A DNA stretch of 64,000 bases from Phoronis australis (taxonomy: Eukaryota > Animalia > Phoronida). The translations under genes and the position numbers were made by a program. Positions 1-12,312 of the stretch are shown here, piece by piece. Position 1 is the stretch's first letter. Each line of letters opens with the position of its first letter. The notes beneath the pieces were generated by a model. It saw only the letters and a program-made list of their open reading frames with translations. It searched no databases and was not told where the DNA came from. The DNA lies in contig NMRA01000061.1 in NCBI GenBank assembly GCA_002633005.1, positions 200,957 through 264,956 on the forward strand, in the 5' to 3' direction.

Positions 1-46
1 GATTTTGGGTATAAAGAAGATAGACTCAAGTGGAAATACAAGCCAG

Positions 47-1140
47 AATCAGTTTCTGTGCTCTTGTAGACCCTCTGCTGTACTGGGTAAATTTGGCATG
101 TCCAAAAATAATTTCTATTTCGTTTTCATTGTACACAAGCATAAAAAACCGACATTATTACAAACTGTGTATAATTATAACTTATTACCTGGGTGTTTCT
201 CCGGGAACGTTGGTCCTATCTTTCTGTTGTCTAGACTACCGAGGAATCTGTACATCGGATCCAATGGTTTGCTGCTCTTGGAACCATTCTACCCAGACAT
301 CGTCGACGTCTGTTCCCAACGCTTGCACTTCGTCAACTGCTGTGTCAATGAGCTTGTACGCCTTAACATTGTCAGCATCTCGTTTCGCAGCTCAGTTGGC
401 ACTAAGCCCCTTGAGATAACCAAGTCCATTCGAAAGACTTACAGCATGCGCAACTAAATTCGATCCGTTCATCATGGACTACTTCAAACCTTGACGATGT
501 ATCCCAGGACCCATTTGCATCTCTTGCAATTTTTGAAATATCCGTCCCAATGTTTGAACGCTTGAAACCCGAAGTACTAACATCAAATAAATGCCCATGG
601 GCATGGGCGTTTCTTCGGGTGGGCCTTTCTGCGGAAATTCCCAGCATAGAAAACGGCAGTGGTGCTTATTGCAGTTAGAAAGACGATAGGTGTTGAGGTC
701 GGCACTAGGGCTCCTTAGGAGGCCCGTTGAACATCGCACGACTCCCGCAAGACTTTGTTGTGAAAATACAGCATCCCCGCAAGTTCTGGTACTGTACACT
801 GTTCGCGAATGCGGTTATTTTGTCAATGTGAGTGCCCCCTTGGTCATTCATTGTATAGACATAACTTGTTAGAGTGCATCTTCAAACAGACTCGCAACCA
901 GACCACGGCTCAGGCCACAATAGCAATTCTTGGAAAACGAGTTTTTTTCAAGTATTACATGTACCTGATAGCGCGCAAGACAACTTTACTATACATCAGT
1001 CAAATTCGAGTTACAAACGTGTGGGGGTGTAATAGGATGACATGGCATGACAGATGAGGTAAAAAAGGTTGAATATCAGGATTGCAGCACCACAGTATTT
1101 CCCTTAATCCAATCAAAACATATCTTAGAGTAAAGAAACT
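47..1140 (-). pseudogene. Decayed hAT-superfamily transposase fragment (P52rIPK/THAP12-like), copy 1
   Basis: Minus-strand translation across stops and frameshifts gives LKGLSAN*AAKRDADNVKAYKLIDTAVDEVQALGTDVDDVWVEWFQE...IPR*SRQQKDRTNVPGETPR, resembling the PR..GRQ..R.N.P..TP.EYY region of hAT transposases. TLRYV...LREIL near 1100-1130 resembles the LRYV..IRE motif. Confidence 0.55.
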
Positions 1141-3684
1141 AGTTACCTAAAGAAATCAGCTATAAAGCTGCTCTTTCAGAGGTGGATCCATCTAAAATGC
1201 TTTTCTGCTTCAGAAGTGTCGTCGGAAGCGCGCGCACAATTGATCTCCGGGGTTTTGCCGACGAGCCACGCGAAGACTCGAAACGCGTTGATTTTCATAA
1301 CAGCAATTCACAATGCAAAAAAAAATTATTTTTAAAGTGAACCCCCCCTCGTTTTTTTCCAAGTTGGTTTACTTGGGGTTTNNNNNNNNNNNNNNNNNNN
1401 NNNNNNNNNNNNNNNNNNNNNNNNNNNNNNNNNNNNNNNNNNGGAGACGTTTTTGTTTTGTTTTTTGTTTTTTTAATTTTTGGGTCCTGGCCCGAGGGGG
1501 GGGTTTAAACCCCCTGAACACCCCCCGTAGATCCGCCTCTGCCCTGCAAACTAAGAACTTCGTGAAAAATGAATAAACAACATATAGGAGAGCTGGGAGT
1601 AAGGGGAGATTTAGCGCATTCAAACCAACGCGGGGCATCTAGGCAACACGTAGCCCCTCGGTTGGCCATATAGGGGCTACAATACTTCCATTCGCTTTCT
1701 GTACTCGCTTCGCAACTTCAGTGTATTTTAAACGGGCCGTGACCTGATTTGAGTTACCGATTTCGAGTTCTCACAGTCAAAAATACATTCTACACTTAAA
1801 ACCATCATTTTTAAAAAACGCTTACTTTCATCATTGGTCCTTTGTACTTCTATACATATCTTTGATGAAGCTTAGTTGTGAGAATTAAGTTGACTTTGGA
1901 GAAAAATTCCAAGTCCACTTTTTTGGTTGCCGTTAACTTTTTCACCGCGCGCGATAACCACAAAGTATGTCAACTGAGTCTCGTGAGTTAGGCAAAGGTT
2001 AGAGCGAGACTGAGCGAAGCGCGTGACGCTAGCTCGCGACAATTGTAAAATAGCATGAGAAGGTATCGGGTGAAATTTGTAAGATTTGTGTCCCTTAGAC
2101 TTTTTATTCGTCAACTTTGCGTGATTCCACGTAACTTCCTCAAAATGGCACCCGGTAAGAGAAACTCGAGCAAACCGCGACAGATTTTCATCGATTTGTT
2201 CAAGTTTTGCTGACTAAATTGTATCCAGAATCGTGGTATGTGTTAATTATAACTACGTGTTTTATTTGCAGTATTTTGAAATGAGTAACTTTTTGTGAGG
2301 GTGTACTAGTTATCGCCCCTGTATGCCTGCGGCATCCAGTGCGATTTAATTGCCTAGGGGCCATCGTGTGTGCAGCGAAAAAATTTCCTGGCGGAAAAAA
2401 AACGTATGAGAACAACATTCCGACGGAGTTCCCTCTTAAAATTATCGCCTCTAGCACTCCACGGCGAAAGCTACAAAAGTTAAGCCACCCGAGCGAAGAT
2501 TTCAAAATCAACGCCGATAGCCCCAATACTGAACATGACGTCAGTCGTGCCCTCGGTCACACGGTCACCGATTATAGCTACGCTTTGTTTACAAACGAGA
2601 GAGAGGGCTTGCTTGGTATTATAACGCAAAAAAATGAAACATGGTTTTTAGTTGGCAAATCGCTCCAAATGCACACACTATCCAGCCTGCTCACGACATG
2701 CCTGACCACAAGCAATCCCATGAGCCTTCGCGCAGGAAGTAACTAAAACATGCGCAATGCGTAGTTCATTTGCGCTGCTTATCCGCTATTGGCAATTTGT
2801 GATAAAAGCACACCGAATTTTTCATTTCATTGCTCTTAAGAAAGATAGTAATCACAAGAAATCTGTGTCATAGAACATGAATTCCAAAATGCGTTCTTCG
2901 CCTAATGATGTCATCAGTATTGTCGTCTACTGTTCTTGACGCAAGTTTCATTTTAGTTAAAGGAAAATTCTTCAGCCTCGAGACGAACAGGATAATGAGA
3001 CAAATTACGCCTCTGCCACCCTTTCTGATAATGAACACATATTGCCTTCTTAAGCTTTAGTGAGAGAATAAGACCCTCTGATCACTTTCCTTTTAATGAT
3101 TATTTTTCTTGATATTAACGCCTGCTTCAGAGCTTTTTAATTGAGTTAAGATTTGATGGATTTGGCAACACGCGTGTGTAGGTTGCATTAGTCGAACATT
3201 TCACAAATCATCGCATTATCTTGTCTAGGTTGTGTACGGGTAATTGTTTTATTTAATGAGGTTGCAACCTAGAATTACAGTGATGCGATTTAAGCATTTT
3301 ACATTTTGACAATGACTTAAATTTAATATGGCGATATAATCAAAGAACTTGCTGTGGACAGGTTTGGTAATGAACGGTTAATTGCACATCACCAAGTGGT
3401 TAAACGCACTCGCACACAGGAGCTGTCTGAAAAGGGACCACAACAATTTAACGGAGTATTTTGGAAACAAGCGAACCTACAAAGCACCCAATGATGTATA
3501 CAAGGAAAAGACACCCGGTAATATTCTGAGGACGTGTATTTGATTATGATTTTCTATTTGTTCAGCTTAGTAATATTCCTAATTTCAATCGTGATATCAA
3601 ACAAAAGGTTTCAGCTACGGTATGCTATCTACACCTGTAGCACAAACTCACGAACGTTATGTCCAATCAGAGGNCGAAAATGTA

Positions 3685-3891
3685 ATTAAACTAGCAAACT
3701 TGCTGTTAGTGATGCCTGCAACAAATGCCAGTAGCGAACGAGCATTTAGTACTCTTAGGCGTGTTCAGTCATATTGACGTTCCACAATGGGACAGGGGAG
3801 GTTGAACCATTTAATGTTGCTCCATGTTCACAAAGACATGTGCGATAAGCTAAATTTGGTGGATGTGGCAAACGATTTTGCGAGGAAGTGA
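3685..3891 (+). pseudogene. hAT transposase C-terminal dimerisation domain remnant (ZMYM1-like)
   Basis: Translates KLANLLLVMPATNASSERAFSTLRRVQSY*RSTMGQGRLNHLMLLHVHKDMCDKLNLVDVANDF, the classic hAT P.T....ER.FS.L.R.K...RSTM.Q.RLN.L motif, with one in-frame stop. A hAT-like right terminus (ttcctacgggcctg) ends at 4315. Confidence 0.85.
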
Positions 3892-4327
3892 AATGCGAAA
3901 GGCACAACTCGGGGTTTTTACCACGTTAGACTTAGCTGCATCCCGAGTTCCTGTGTGCAGCACGGCAACGTCCACTGATTTATGTTGAAGAGTAAATAAA
4001 AACATTTATAGTTATTTCACACCTTCATTCTTACTGTTCAGCAAGAGTAATCGTATGAGCGGCATGTATGTTGCTCCAAAAATTTCCAGTCAATTTTAAC
4101 AAAAATTTAACTCTAAAAGTACAGCATCTGTTACACACCTTATTATTAGTAGACATATGTTTTCATATAATTCAAAACGTACCTAGTCGTTGCAGTAGTT
4201 CATTTTACAGCGTTGATATATACACCCCAGTGCAACGCAGTGGTTTCGAAATTAGAAGTTACGTATCGACCAGGGTCGGTGCCCCCCCAATAATTTTTAC
4301 CTTCCTACGGGCCTGATATAGAACTAT

Positions 4328-5160
4328 AACAAGTTATGACTATACAGGGAATGACCAAGGGAGCACTCACATTAACAAAGTGACCGCATTCGCGAACAGT
4401 GTACAGTACCAGAAATTGCGGGGAGGCTGTATTTTCACAACAAAGTCTTGCGGGACTCGTGCGATGTTGTATGGGCCTTCTAAGGAGCTCTAATGCCGAC
4501 CTCAACCGCCTACCGTCTTTCTACCTGCAATAAGCACCAGTGAGGTTTTCTATAGGCCCTACTGAGATGATTTCCGCAGAAAGGCCCACGCGACGAAACG
4601 CCCATGCCCATGGGAGTTTATTTGATGTTAGTACTTCGGGGTTCAAGCGTTCACACATTGGGACGTTTATTTCGAAAGTTGCAAGAGATGCAAATGGGTC
4701 CTGGGATACATCGTCAAGGTTTGAAGTAGTCCATGAGGAACGGAACAGATTTAGTTGAGCATGTTGTAAGTATTTTGAATGGACTTGGTAACCTCAGGGG
4801 GCTTAGTGCCAACTGAGCTGCGAAACGAGATGATGCATTGTAGAGGTGGACAAGGCATTGACACAACAGTTGACGAAGTGCAAGCGTTGGGAACAAACGT
4901 CGAAGATGTCTGGGTAGAATGGTTCTAAGACAAGCAAACCATTGGATCCGATATACAGAATCCTCGGCAGTCTACACAGCAGGAAGATAGGACCAACGTT
5001 CCTGGTGAAACACACAGGTAATAAGTTATAATTATTCACAGTTTGTAATAATGTCGGTTTTTTTAAGCTTGTGTACAATGAAATCGAAATAGAAATTATT
5101 TTTAGACATGCCAAATTTACCCAGTACACCAGAGGGTCTACGAGCGCACAGAAACTGATT
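4328..5160 (+). repeat. Inverted copy of 47-871 (hAT transposase fragment, copy 2)
   Basis: The reverse complement aligns with 47-871; about 8 mismatches in a 120-bp block checked by eye, plus small indels. It ends at a single N (5161). Confidence 0.9.
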
Positions 5161-7299
5161 NATAACAGTGACTATCTGAAGAGGGGAACACATGACAATA
5201 TAAAATATGGAAACACCAAACAAAAATCAAAACAACACTTACCTGTTGCAATAACGCCTTAAACACGAACGTACTGACCGACTTGCAAGAACGGAGTGTT
5301 AGTTGAACATGTTAGTAGAACAAAACTGTCTCAAAGAAATTTTCATGGTTTACAGGTTTAAGAAGATCCACCTTAGATTTCCGTATATAAGTCCAGCAGA
5401 ATATATGCCCAATCTGCGTATCTTAAATTTTTCCCTAAAATATACCTGGGATGCATATCCGAGAATTAAAATGCAAGCTTGAAATCTAAAAATAATGCTA
5501 TTTCCACTAGGATATAATTAGGGTGAGCTACAGTATTTATACTGTGTTCGTGTACAGCTGAAATGCCTCTAAAACTATCTTAAGTAAAACAAAATGCATG
5601 GTTTTTAGTTTTAAGATCACGTTTTGTTTTGTCTCAAAACTATCAACTGAAGGTGGTGACATGGACAAGAAGACAAGGTCATGTGGAAAGTAGATATGGA
5701 ACTCCGGTTCGGAAACACCTATCAGGTTCCAGGCCCGTTGCATCGGACTCCAGGTCCTGTATTCTTGTTAGCCTACCCCTAGGACCACAAGAAGCAACGA
5801 CTACCAAATCTGATTCAACTGACATTTTTCGGAATGATTGGTGGAGGATTTTCTTAGTAGCCGCAGACAGAGAGTGCCACAGGGTCCCGGTGTCCTTGTC
5901 GGGATTCATCTTAATCTCGGGACACCATGGAGTCCAGGTTGTTGTACCTTAGACGCTACAGGGCGCGAATTAACACTACCACAAGTTCACAGACAAGTGG
6001 ACCGATGAGCAAGCAAAATTGGGTCGCCGCAAGTTCAATCTTTTTTAGGTTTACATAAGGGTAAAGCTCGTAACGCTAGGACTTCGACAAAAAGCAAAAA
6101 TTCATGAAATTACGTGATGTATTGTTTATTTTAATTGAAAGCGTGATTTTGGCTACATTTTTGTCCCAAGACAGCTACTGAACTATACCCTAGTCTGCGT
6201 CCAGGGGCGCAAGGGTGAGAATCTCACAAGCACGCTAGACAGAAGACTTCGAGACGTATGGTCAGGCATTGCAAGCGAAACACGCGATCACACTATCTTC
6301 TTTAGCGAGATTCTTGCATCTGCGATGCTTATCAGAAAGCAACAGAGAATTTGTAAGGGTAATGAAACGTGGTTACGTGGATGTACATTAGTTTTTGATA
6401 TGTGTTATAGCACACCGGCACTTACACAACATAGGGCAGGGATGGAATGTCTTTGCGTGTGCCCCGCGCGCCTTTCGATCTGAGTGCTGGGCCTTGCACT
6501 ATGTTTGATTTGTAACCAGCTTTACTTTGGCTCCGTCTCATTCGGCTGCAGCTGTTCACTATCTACACTACTTTGAACGCGCGATATCCCACGGACAGAT
6601 TTGGCTGTAGCCTATTGTGTACGGGGGCCTAAATAAAAAATATTTTTCATCGCGTCAAGGATAAAATCCGGACACGTCGTGGGGAGATTTTAGCCACTGA
6701 CAAGGGCATTTGCAAAGGCCAGGACGTTTCAAAAATAAAAACGTTTCGTAAACACACCAGTTGATGTCACTGGCGTGCAAGTTCAATGTCACAGTCGGAA
6801 GTCGAACAGCACGATCTAATTAAACCAGAGCACAAGTTACGCTACAACGAAAAACTGCAGTCTTCCCATTTGTATTTTCATCGGAAATTTTCGTCATACG
6901 GGACTCGGTGATTCTTTTCATAGCTAAAGCGCCAAACACAAGCTTAACGCAAGACAATCGAGTAACGGTCATGACATCGTCAAGACAAGGTAAAAATTAC
7001 AAAGCCCGTTACACCGATTCTCGGATTCAAACCTTTATAGAGAAGTAATCATCCGTTGAATGCTTTAGTGACACGGGAGTTGCGTCGATCCCAAATTAGC
7101 GTTTCTAAAATTGTCCTTGTCCGAAAGTCACGGATAAAAATCCTACGTTTATGACATTGTTAGAAATTCGAGGATCATTGAAAAACAGTTTTTGGACCTT
7201 GTACGAATTTCGTGGACTATGAAAAACTCATTTTGGAAATATTTATTCTTGGTCGAAATTGGCGGGCCGCCCGAAAATCGCGCGACTTTACCGTAGACC

Positions 7300-9110
7300 A
7301 ACGACAACCTGTGGTGTGTCAGCTGCCTATTGAGATTGGGCTTGCACCAACTGATGTGTAAAGCCTCACGAATTTTAAGCTGCTTTGTTGTTGCTGCCTG
7401 GTCTATTATTGCAAAGTCATTGAAAGAGCACTGCTGATAACAAAGATTGGAGCTCTGTGAATATTTACATGTGAATTTCTGTCAGAATTCAGATATTCCT
7501 TGGTCCTGGTTTTCAAATAGCTAACAGTTTCGCCTATATAACTGGAGCCACATCCAGCACAGATAAATTTGTATACTACCTTGGACCGTAGACCCATAGA
7601 AATTTTGTCCTTAGGGTTAAATAAATTCGACAGTTTTAGAGACTTGAATGTTAATACAACTCTTAAGTTCACACAGTAATCATTCACCAATTTGTTGAGT
7701 TTTCGTTGAGCAATTTTGGCGTAAAACCCAACATAGGGTATTTTAAAGTACTTGTAGTTAGTTTTGCCTACAGGATGAACATCATCAGGGTTACGCTGGA
7801 GTCTTGCTTTCAGTACCCTATTGACTAATTCTAGGGGATAGCCATTCTTTTGCAAATTCGNNNNNNNNNNNNNNNNNNNNNNNNNNNNNNNNNNNNNNNN
7901 NNNNNNNNNNNNNNNNNNNNNNNNNNNNNNNNNNNNNNNNNNNNNNNNNNNNNNNNNNNNNNNNNNNNNNNNNNNNNNNNNNNNNNNNNNNNNNNNNNNN
8001 NNNNNNNNNNNNNNNNNNNNNNNNNNNNNNNNNNNNNNNNNNNNNNNNNNNNNNNNNNNNNNNNNNNNNNNNNNNNNNNNNNNNNNNNNNNNNNNNNNNN
8101 NNNNNNNNNNNNNNNNNNNNNNNNNNNNNNNNNNNNNNNNNNNNNNNNNNNNNNNNNNNNNNNNNNNNTTTGTCTTTATACTGCCCCGACGCCCCTTCGG
8201 AACAGTTACCAGTAGCGCAGGGCCCGAACCCTTAGTGCTCCGGTACATGGTTGTCACGACAGTTTGGTTGTCTTTATACTGCCCCGTCGGGACAGTTTTT
8301 ACCAGTTGAGCAGGGCCAGGACCCTTGAGTGCTCCTAGAATAGGTTTGTCACGGAAATGCGGCTTAACGTGGCTTCTCGGAGTGACTGCAGCCTGTCGGA
8401 GACCGTCTGCATTCCGGCGAGCTCGTGTAGTGCTGAATTTCAAGTTAGGATGCCTCGAGTTTAAATACACCAAAAATTCCTGGGCTGACTGCTGACTCTT
8501 TTCAAATATACAAAACAGTACATCATCTACATATCGTCGATAGAAATAGATGTGAGGACCAGTGTATGTCAATCCATGTTTTCTCATGGTGACCTAAAAA
8601 CATGCCAGCTAGTATGGGAACCAAAAGTGAACCCATTGCTATACCATCAATTTGGTTAAAAACCTCCCCATTAAATACGAAATGGGTTTTGCTGGTAGCA
8701 CGGAATAGCTCTTAGAGTTCAGCTCGAGTAATCTTTACACTGGGATTGTTTTTCATTATACAGTCAGTAGCCAAAGATATACATTCGTCCACTAGTAAAC
8801 AAACTCGCAATGTCAAAAGAAGCTATGAATCGATTCCTGAGAACTCACCCTAACCTCAGAAACAAAAGAGAATGTATCACTTGCTGTGTAGTCCTCATTG
8901 ATATGTGATTTGATTAGCTTACATAGGTACTTGGCAAGATTGTAATTGAAAGTATTCACAGATGACACAATAGGTCAGTCTAAATGGAGGGATGGAATCC
9001 TCAGTCTGTTTGTGTATTTTTGGTAGCCGGCCATATAATCTACCTGGCTGTGAACCTTGTGGATAGCTATTTCAACGTTCACTTGAAATGTCAACTGATT
9101 TTGTAGTGCG
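7300..9110 (-). mobile_element. Penelope-like retroelement (RT + GIY-YIG endonuclease), degenerate
   Basis: Minus-strand motifs GSQPGRLY..LPKIHK, SFDIASLFT, FNQIDGIAMG, YRRYVDD (RT), YFKIPYVG, and VVYKFICAGCGSSYIGET and EALHISWCKPNLN (GIY-YIG). Frameshifts, an internal insertion and an N gap are present. Confidence 0.9.
8169..8432 (-). mobile_element. Insertion into the Penelope RT with a CACTAC terminus and ~98-bp internal repeats (CACTA/EnSpm-like end)
   Basis: Penelope homology stops after HPNLKFS and the minus strand continues CACTACACGAG. ttgtctttatactgccccg recurs at ~8170 and ~8268. The other end is lost in the N gap. Confidence 0.5.
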
Positions 9111-10906
9111 TAACTAAATAAATTATCATTAAAACCTCAAATAGACCTATCGTTGCAGCCAATGTTGGTTTACGACCTAGTTTTTAAGTAGGTCACAGTT
9201 CATTGTTATACACATAGCCTGTACACGTCACGTGCTGGGACATGTGGGAGACTGATACGAAACCATGTAAGAAATGGATAACAAAAATCGAATCGGTGGT
9301 CAAGGTATGTCGAAAGCATGAGATCGGAAAATCGAAATGTCATCTTATTAATTGAATTAAAGAATTAGTGTGAGGGATATATCTTTTTTCACAACTTTCT
9401 GTGTTCATGGCCATAGAGGCCTAAGGCGACTCGTAGCATTCGTTTTCAATGTCAACGGTCGTATGTATATAGACGCACAATTCCCTTAGGATCAAAACCA
9501 TACGTTTTGTCTTTGCTTTCCCTGACGCCATTCTATCATCAGTACACCTCGTTCGCTCATTGTTATGAATGAAAGGACTAAGGGTATACGAAGCTGTTCA
9601 GCTGTACCTGGCGGGAGATTCGATTTGATTGAAAGCCCTTTAACCTTTGACTTTGGATACTATCCACGCGGTTGTGCGGTTCCAAGGTGGTTCTGCCAAA
9701 TCTTTTTTTCTCGCTACGCAGTATAATTTGTATTTGAAGATCCCCGAGAATGAAGATACGGTATTTTGCATGTGAAATATTGTAAAAATGGACAATCGTT
9801 GTGAATAAGTTTTGAGATATTCTTAAAATGAAACGTCCCGTGGAGTATGTACTAAACTGCTGTTGAAGTACAAGACAGATTTTAAGTAGGCCTGGTGGTT
9901 ATTTCTGGAGCATGATTGTGAGGTTTATTTAAGAAGTTCAGTTTATTTAAACACATATGTGAGTTTGTTGTCACCAATCAAGTTCTGGAAAAACCGTATT
10001 GATACATGACTAAAATTTCTTTGATATGAAAAAAATCAAAAGAATTTTTAAACAAATTTTGAATTTTTATGGAACATTTGAAAATAAAGTTATGAAAAGG
10101 TTAACTTCAGACGAAATGCATTGCATATATTACAACAATGTCTGAATAGTTCATTTTATCTGATCGACCATTTCTGAGACTTGACATTCCAAATAATAGT
10201 TGAACTACCGTCAAACAAATTTAAAAAAATGCGCTTTCACGGAACAGGTAAAATGATTCCCATTGCCGCACTAATCCTGTAACAAGACGAAAACTAAGAA
10301 AAATCAAGTCTTTTCGAGATCATTTAATCATTTTATTCACGACGAGTTCGCATTCAACAAATCCAATAAAGGTACGTACAATGTAAACCTAGTAAAACTC
10401 TCCAAGTCCAACGAACGTTTATTGTTGACCGATAGCAACATTTCCGATTGGTCAAGGAATTATTTTTTCATTGTGACATTAATAAATCGGACTTTTGTCA
10501 CACTTGGCCAACGATATACGTTTACACATATACCTATCTGGATATTCCGAAAATCTTCTGTGGCCAAACCGTCGTAAGGGTCCAGCGTTCGAGATCCACG
10601 CACTTGTCAGTTTTATTTCGACACAAACCCAGAATTAGATTTCCAAAATGCTACTCATTTCTCCTCATTTTAATAGGAGGGGCTCACCACAATAAGGGTT
10701 ACATCGGACACTGACAGCCCTACCTTATCGAAAAGTATATTAAATTATCGCACAGGTGTCTTACCACCGGTCTAAATTTTGTGCACCCCGAGACTGTTTC
10801 TTCCTGAACTTGCCAACACTTTGGTAACTGTCCAGCTGGACACCTCCTGCTACAGCACTCCAGCACCTTCGTGCACAAACATAAGGCTTCCATATCGCTA
10901 GAGATC

Positions 10907-12157
10907 TTATCGATAACGTACCAAACGACCGTTTCGCTGGCACAACAAGAGCAACTTAAGATCATCTCGGAAGTTTTTGTTCATGAAAGCATATATGATA
11001 GGATTACTTACATTGTTAATGAAATACATATAAAACAGTGTTGTATCGAACGGTATTACGTTAAGAATTACAAGCATGGCTGGCAAAAATGTCACAATAA
11101 ACACCAAAGAGACAACAAATAACATGGCTGCGGTTTTTAAGTTTGCCACCATTAACCTCTCTTTGGCGGTGTTTCTACTTCCGTTTCGACGAAAGATGGA
11201 AGCGAGAATGTTAGCTGCGCTTCCATTCCTTTTCTCGGGACTGCTGTTGTTCTTTTCGCCTGGACTCTTCGCACACGGCAAAAGTGTTGAATTATAAGAA
11301 ACGCCTGTATTTTCGTTTTCAGTTGTTTTGGTACGGACGTTATTTTCTGCGTCAATGCATTCGCCCGATTTTCTGCGATCGGGTGGCGATAAGCGCACTA
11401 TTGCAGTGGTCAATTCTATGTCATCAGGTGAATTATTCAACGTGGTGTTACTACGAGGTGGCTGTGCACGTTGCTTCAGTCGTCGTTGTCGTCTGGTAAT
11501 GACAGAGCAGTAAATCATAAGGTAGAGAACCGAAACTACCGCTACTGACATAAAATATATAGATAAATGCGCATATTTGTATCCTTCCACGACCTCTGCC
11601 GAAAAGTACTCATAATTCAGAGAGCAGTTATGCACATGCAGACTTGTAGTGTTATAAATTGCTACATTATCGACAGTGACATTCGTTCCGTACATCAGAC
11701 CTGCAATAAGGCCAAGGACACACGAGAGAAAGGCCAAGACTGTGATGACGACTTTGGCACGGAAACTATTGAATACTGGCAAGAACGGATGACATATACT
11801 AAAATATCTATCAACTGCAATAGCCGCTATCATAAAGGCCGAAAATGGTATTCCAGAAGTTTGCAGGAACTGATAAAATTTACACAATCCATCTGATTCT
11901 ATTTGAAAGTTGACAAATTCCATGTACAGAGTCATCGGAATCAACACGGCACACGTAAACAAATCTATAACTGCTAATGCCAAGATGAATATAGTTGACG
12001 TCAATTTATCCCTCTTTCTCCAGTACACAATGACGGCCAGACTGTTTCCTAACACGCCAATGACGCTGAAGACAGAGAAAAGCGCCATACTGAAATACGT
12101 GGAGAACTGATGGGAACTTCCACCATCCACTTGGCTGGATATGTTAGTTATCGACAT
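10907..12157 (-). CDS. Class A (rhodopsin-like) 7TM GPCR, orphan/peptide-receptor-like, 416 aa, CDS in a single exon
   Basis: Seven hydrophobic segments with GN (TM1), LAVID (TM2), Cys before TM3 (LCKFY), DRY, FLP (TM6) and NPIIY (TM7), plus an N-glycosylation site NIS. ATG at 12157 lies in aaaATG context, with an in-frame TGA upstream at 12263-12265. Confidence 0.93.
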   Translation of the reverse strand: MSITNISSQVDGGSSHQFSTYFSMALFSVFSVIGVLGNSLAVIVYWRKRDKLTSTIFILALAVIDLFTCAVLIPMTLYMEFVNFQIESDGLCKFYQFLQTSGIPFSAFMIAAIAVDRYFSICHPFLPVFNSFRAKVVITVLAFLSCVLGLIAGLMYGTNVTVDNVAIYNTTSLHVHNCSLNYEYFSAEVVEGYKYAHLSIYFMSVAVVSVLYLMIYCSVITRRQRRLKQRAQPPRSNTTLNNSPDDIELTTAIVRLSPPDRRKSGECIDAENNVRTKTTENENTGVSYNSTLLPCAKSPGEKNNSSPEKRNGSAANILASIFRRNGSRNTAKERLMVANLKTAAMLFVVSLVFIVTFLPAMLVILNVIPFDTTLFYMYFINNVSNPIIYAFMNKNFRDDLKLLLLCQRNGRLVRYR

Positions 12158-12298
12158 TTTGACGACGATGCCTCCAAGCAAGGTGGTTGAATTATCTCCG
12201 AATGTTTTCAGCTTATCCCAACAAGCTCCCTGATGGTAGCACAATTTCAGCTCAAGTCGCTCTCATCCAGTGTAACTTCAGTTTTTATCACTCTTCTA

Positions 12299-12312
12299 CC
12301 TGTAAATTAGAA
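12299..12312 (-). other. Splice acceptor in front of the GPCR coding exon (5' UTR intron)
   Basis: Minus strand reads ttctaatttacag|gtagaag: a branch-like CTAAT, a short pyrimidine stretch and CAG, 142 nt upstream of the ATG. Confidence 0.65.

Noticed and set aside
1177-1541. MITE bounded by cagaggtggatcca / tagatccgcctctg
   Set aside because: No TSD, and an N gap lies between the ends; only the right end looks like a real terminus.
7406-8587. 393-aa ORF as a real protein
   Set aside because: It reads through about 300 Ns and an unrelated insertion; the upstream RT portion is frameshifted.
9500-9545. Possible hammerhead ribozyme core (CTGATGA...GAAA, minus strand) near the Penelope element
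   Set aside because: Stem II does not pair and no convincing stems I/III or cleavage triplet could be found.
12158-12244. 29-aa N-terminal extension of the GPCR from the TTG start in the ORF track
   Set aside because: Eukaryotic context favours the ATG at 12157; the TTG start is an ORF-caller artefact.
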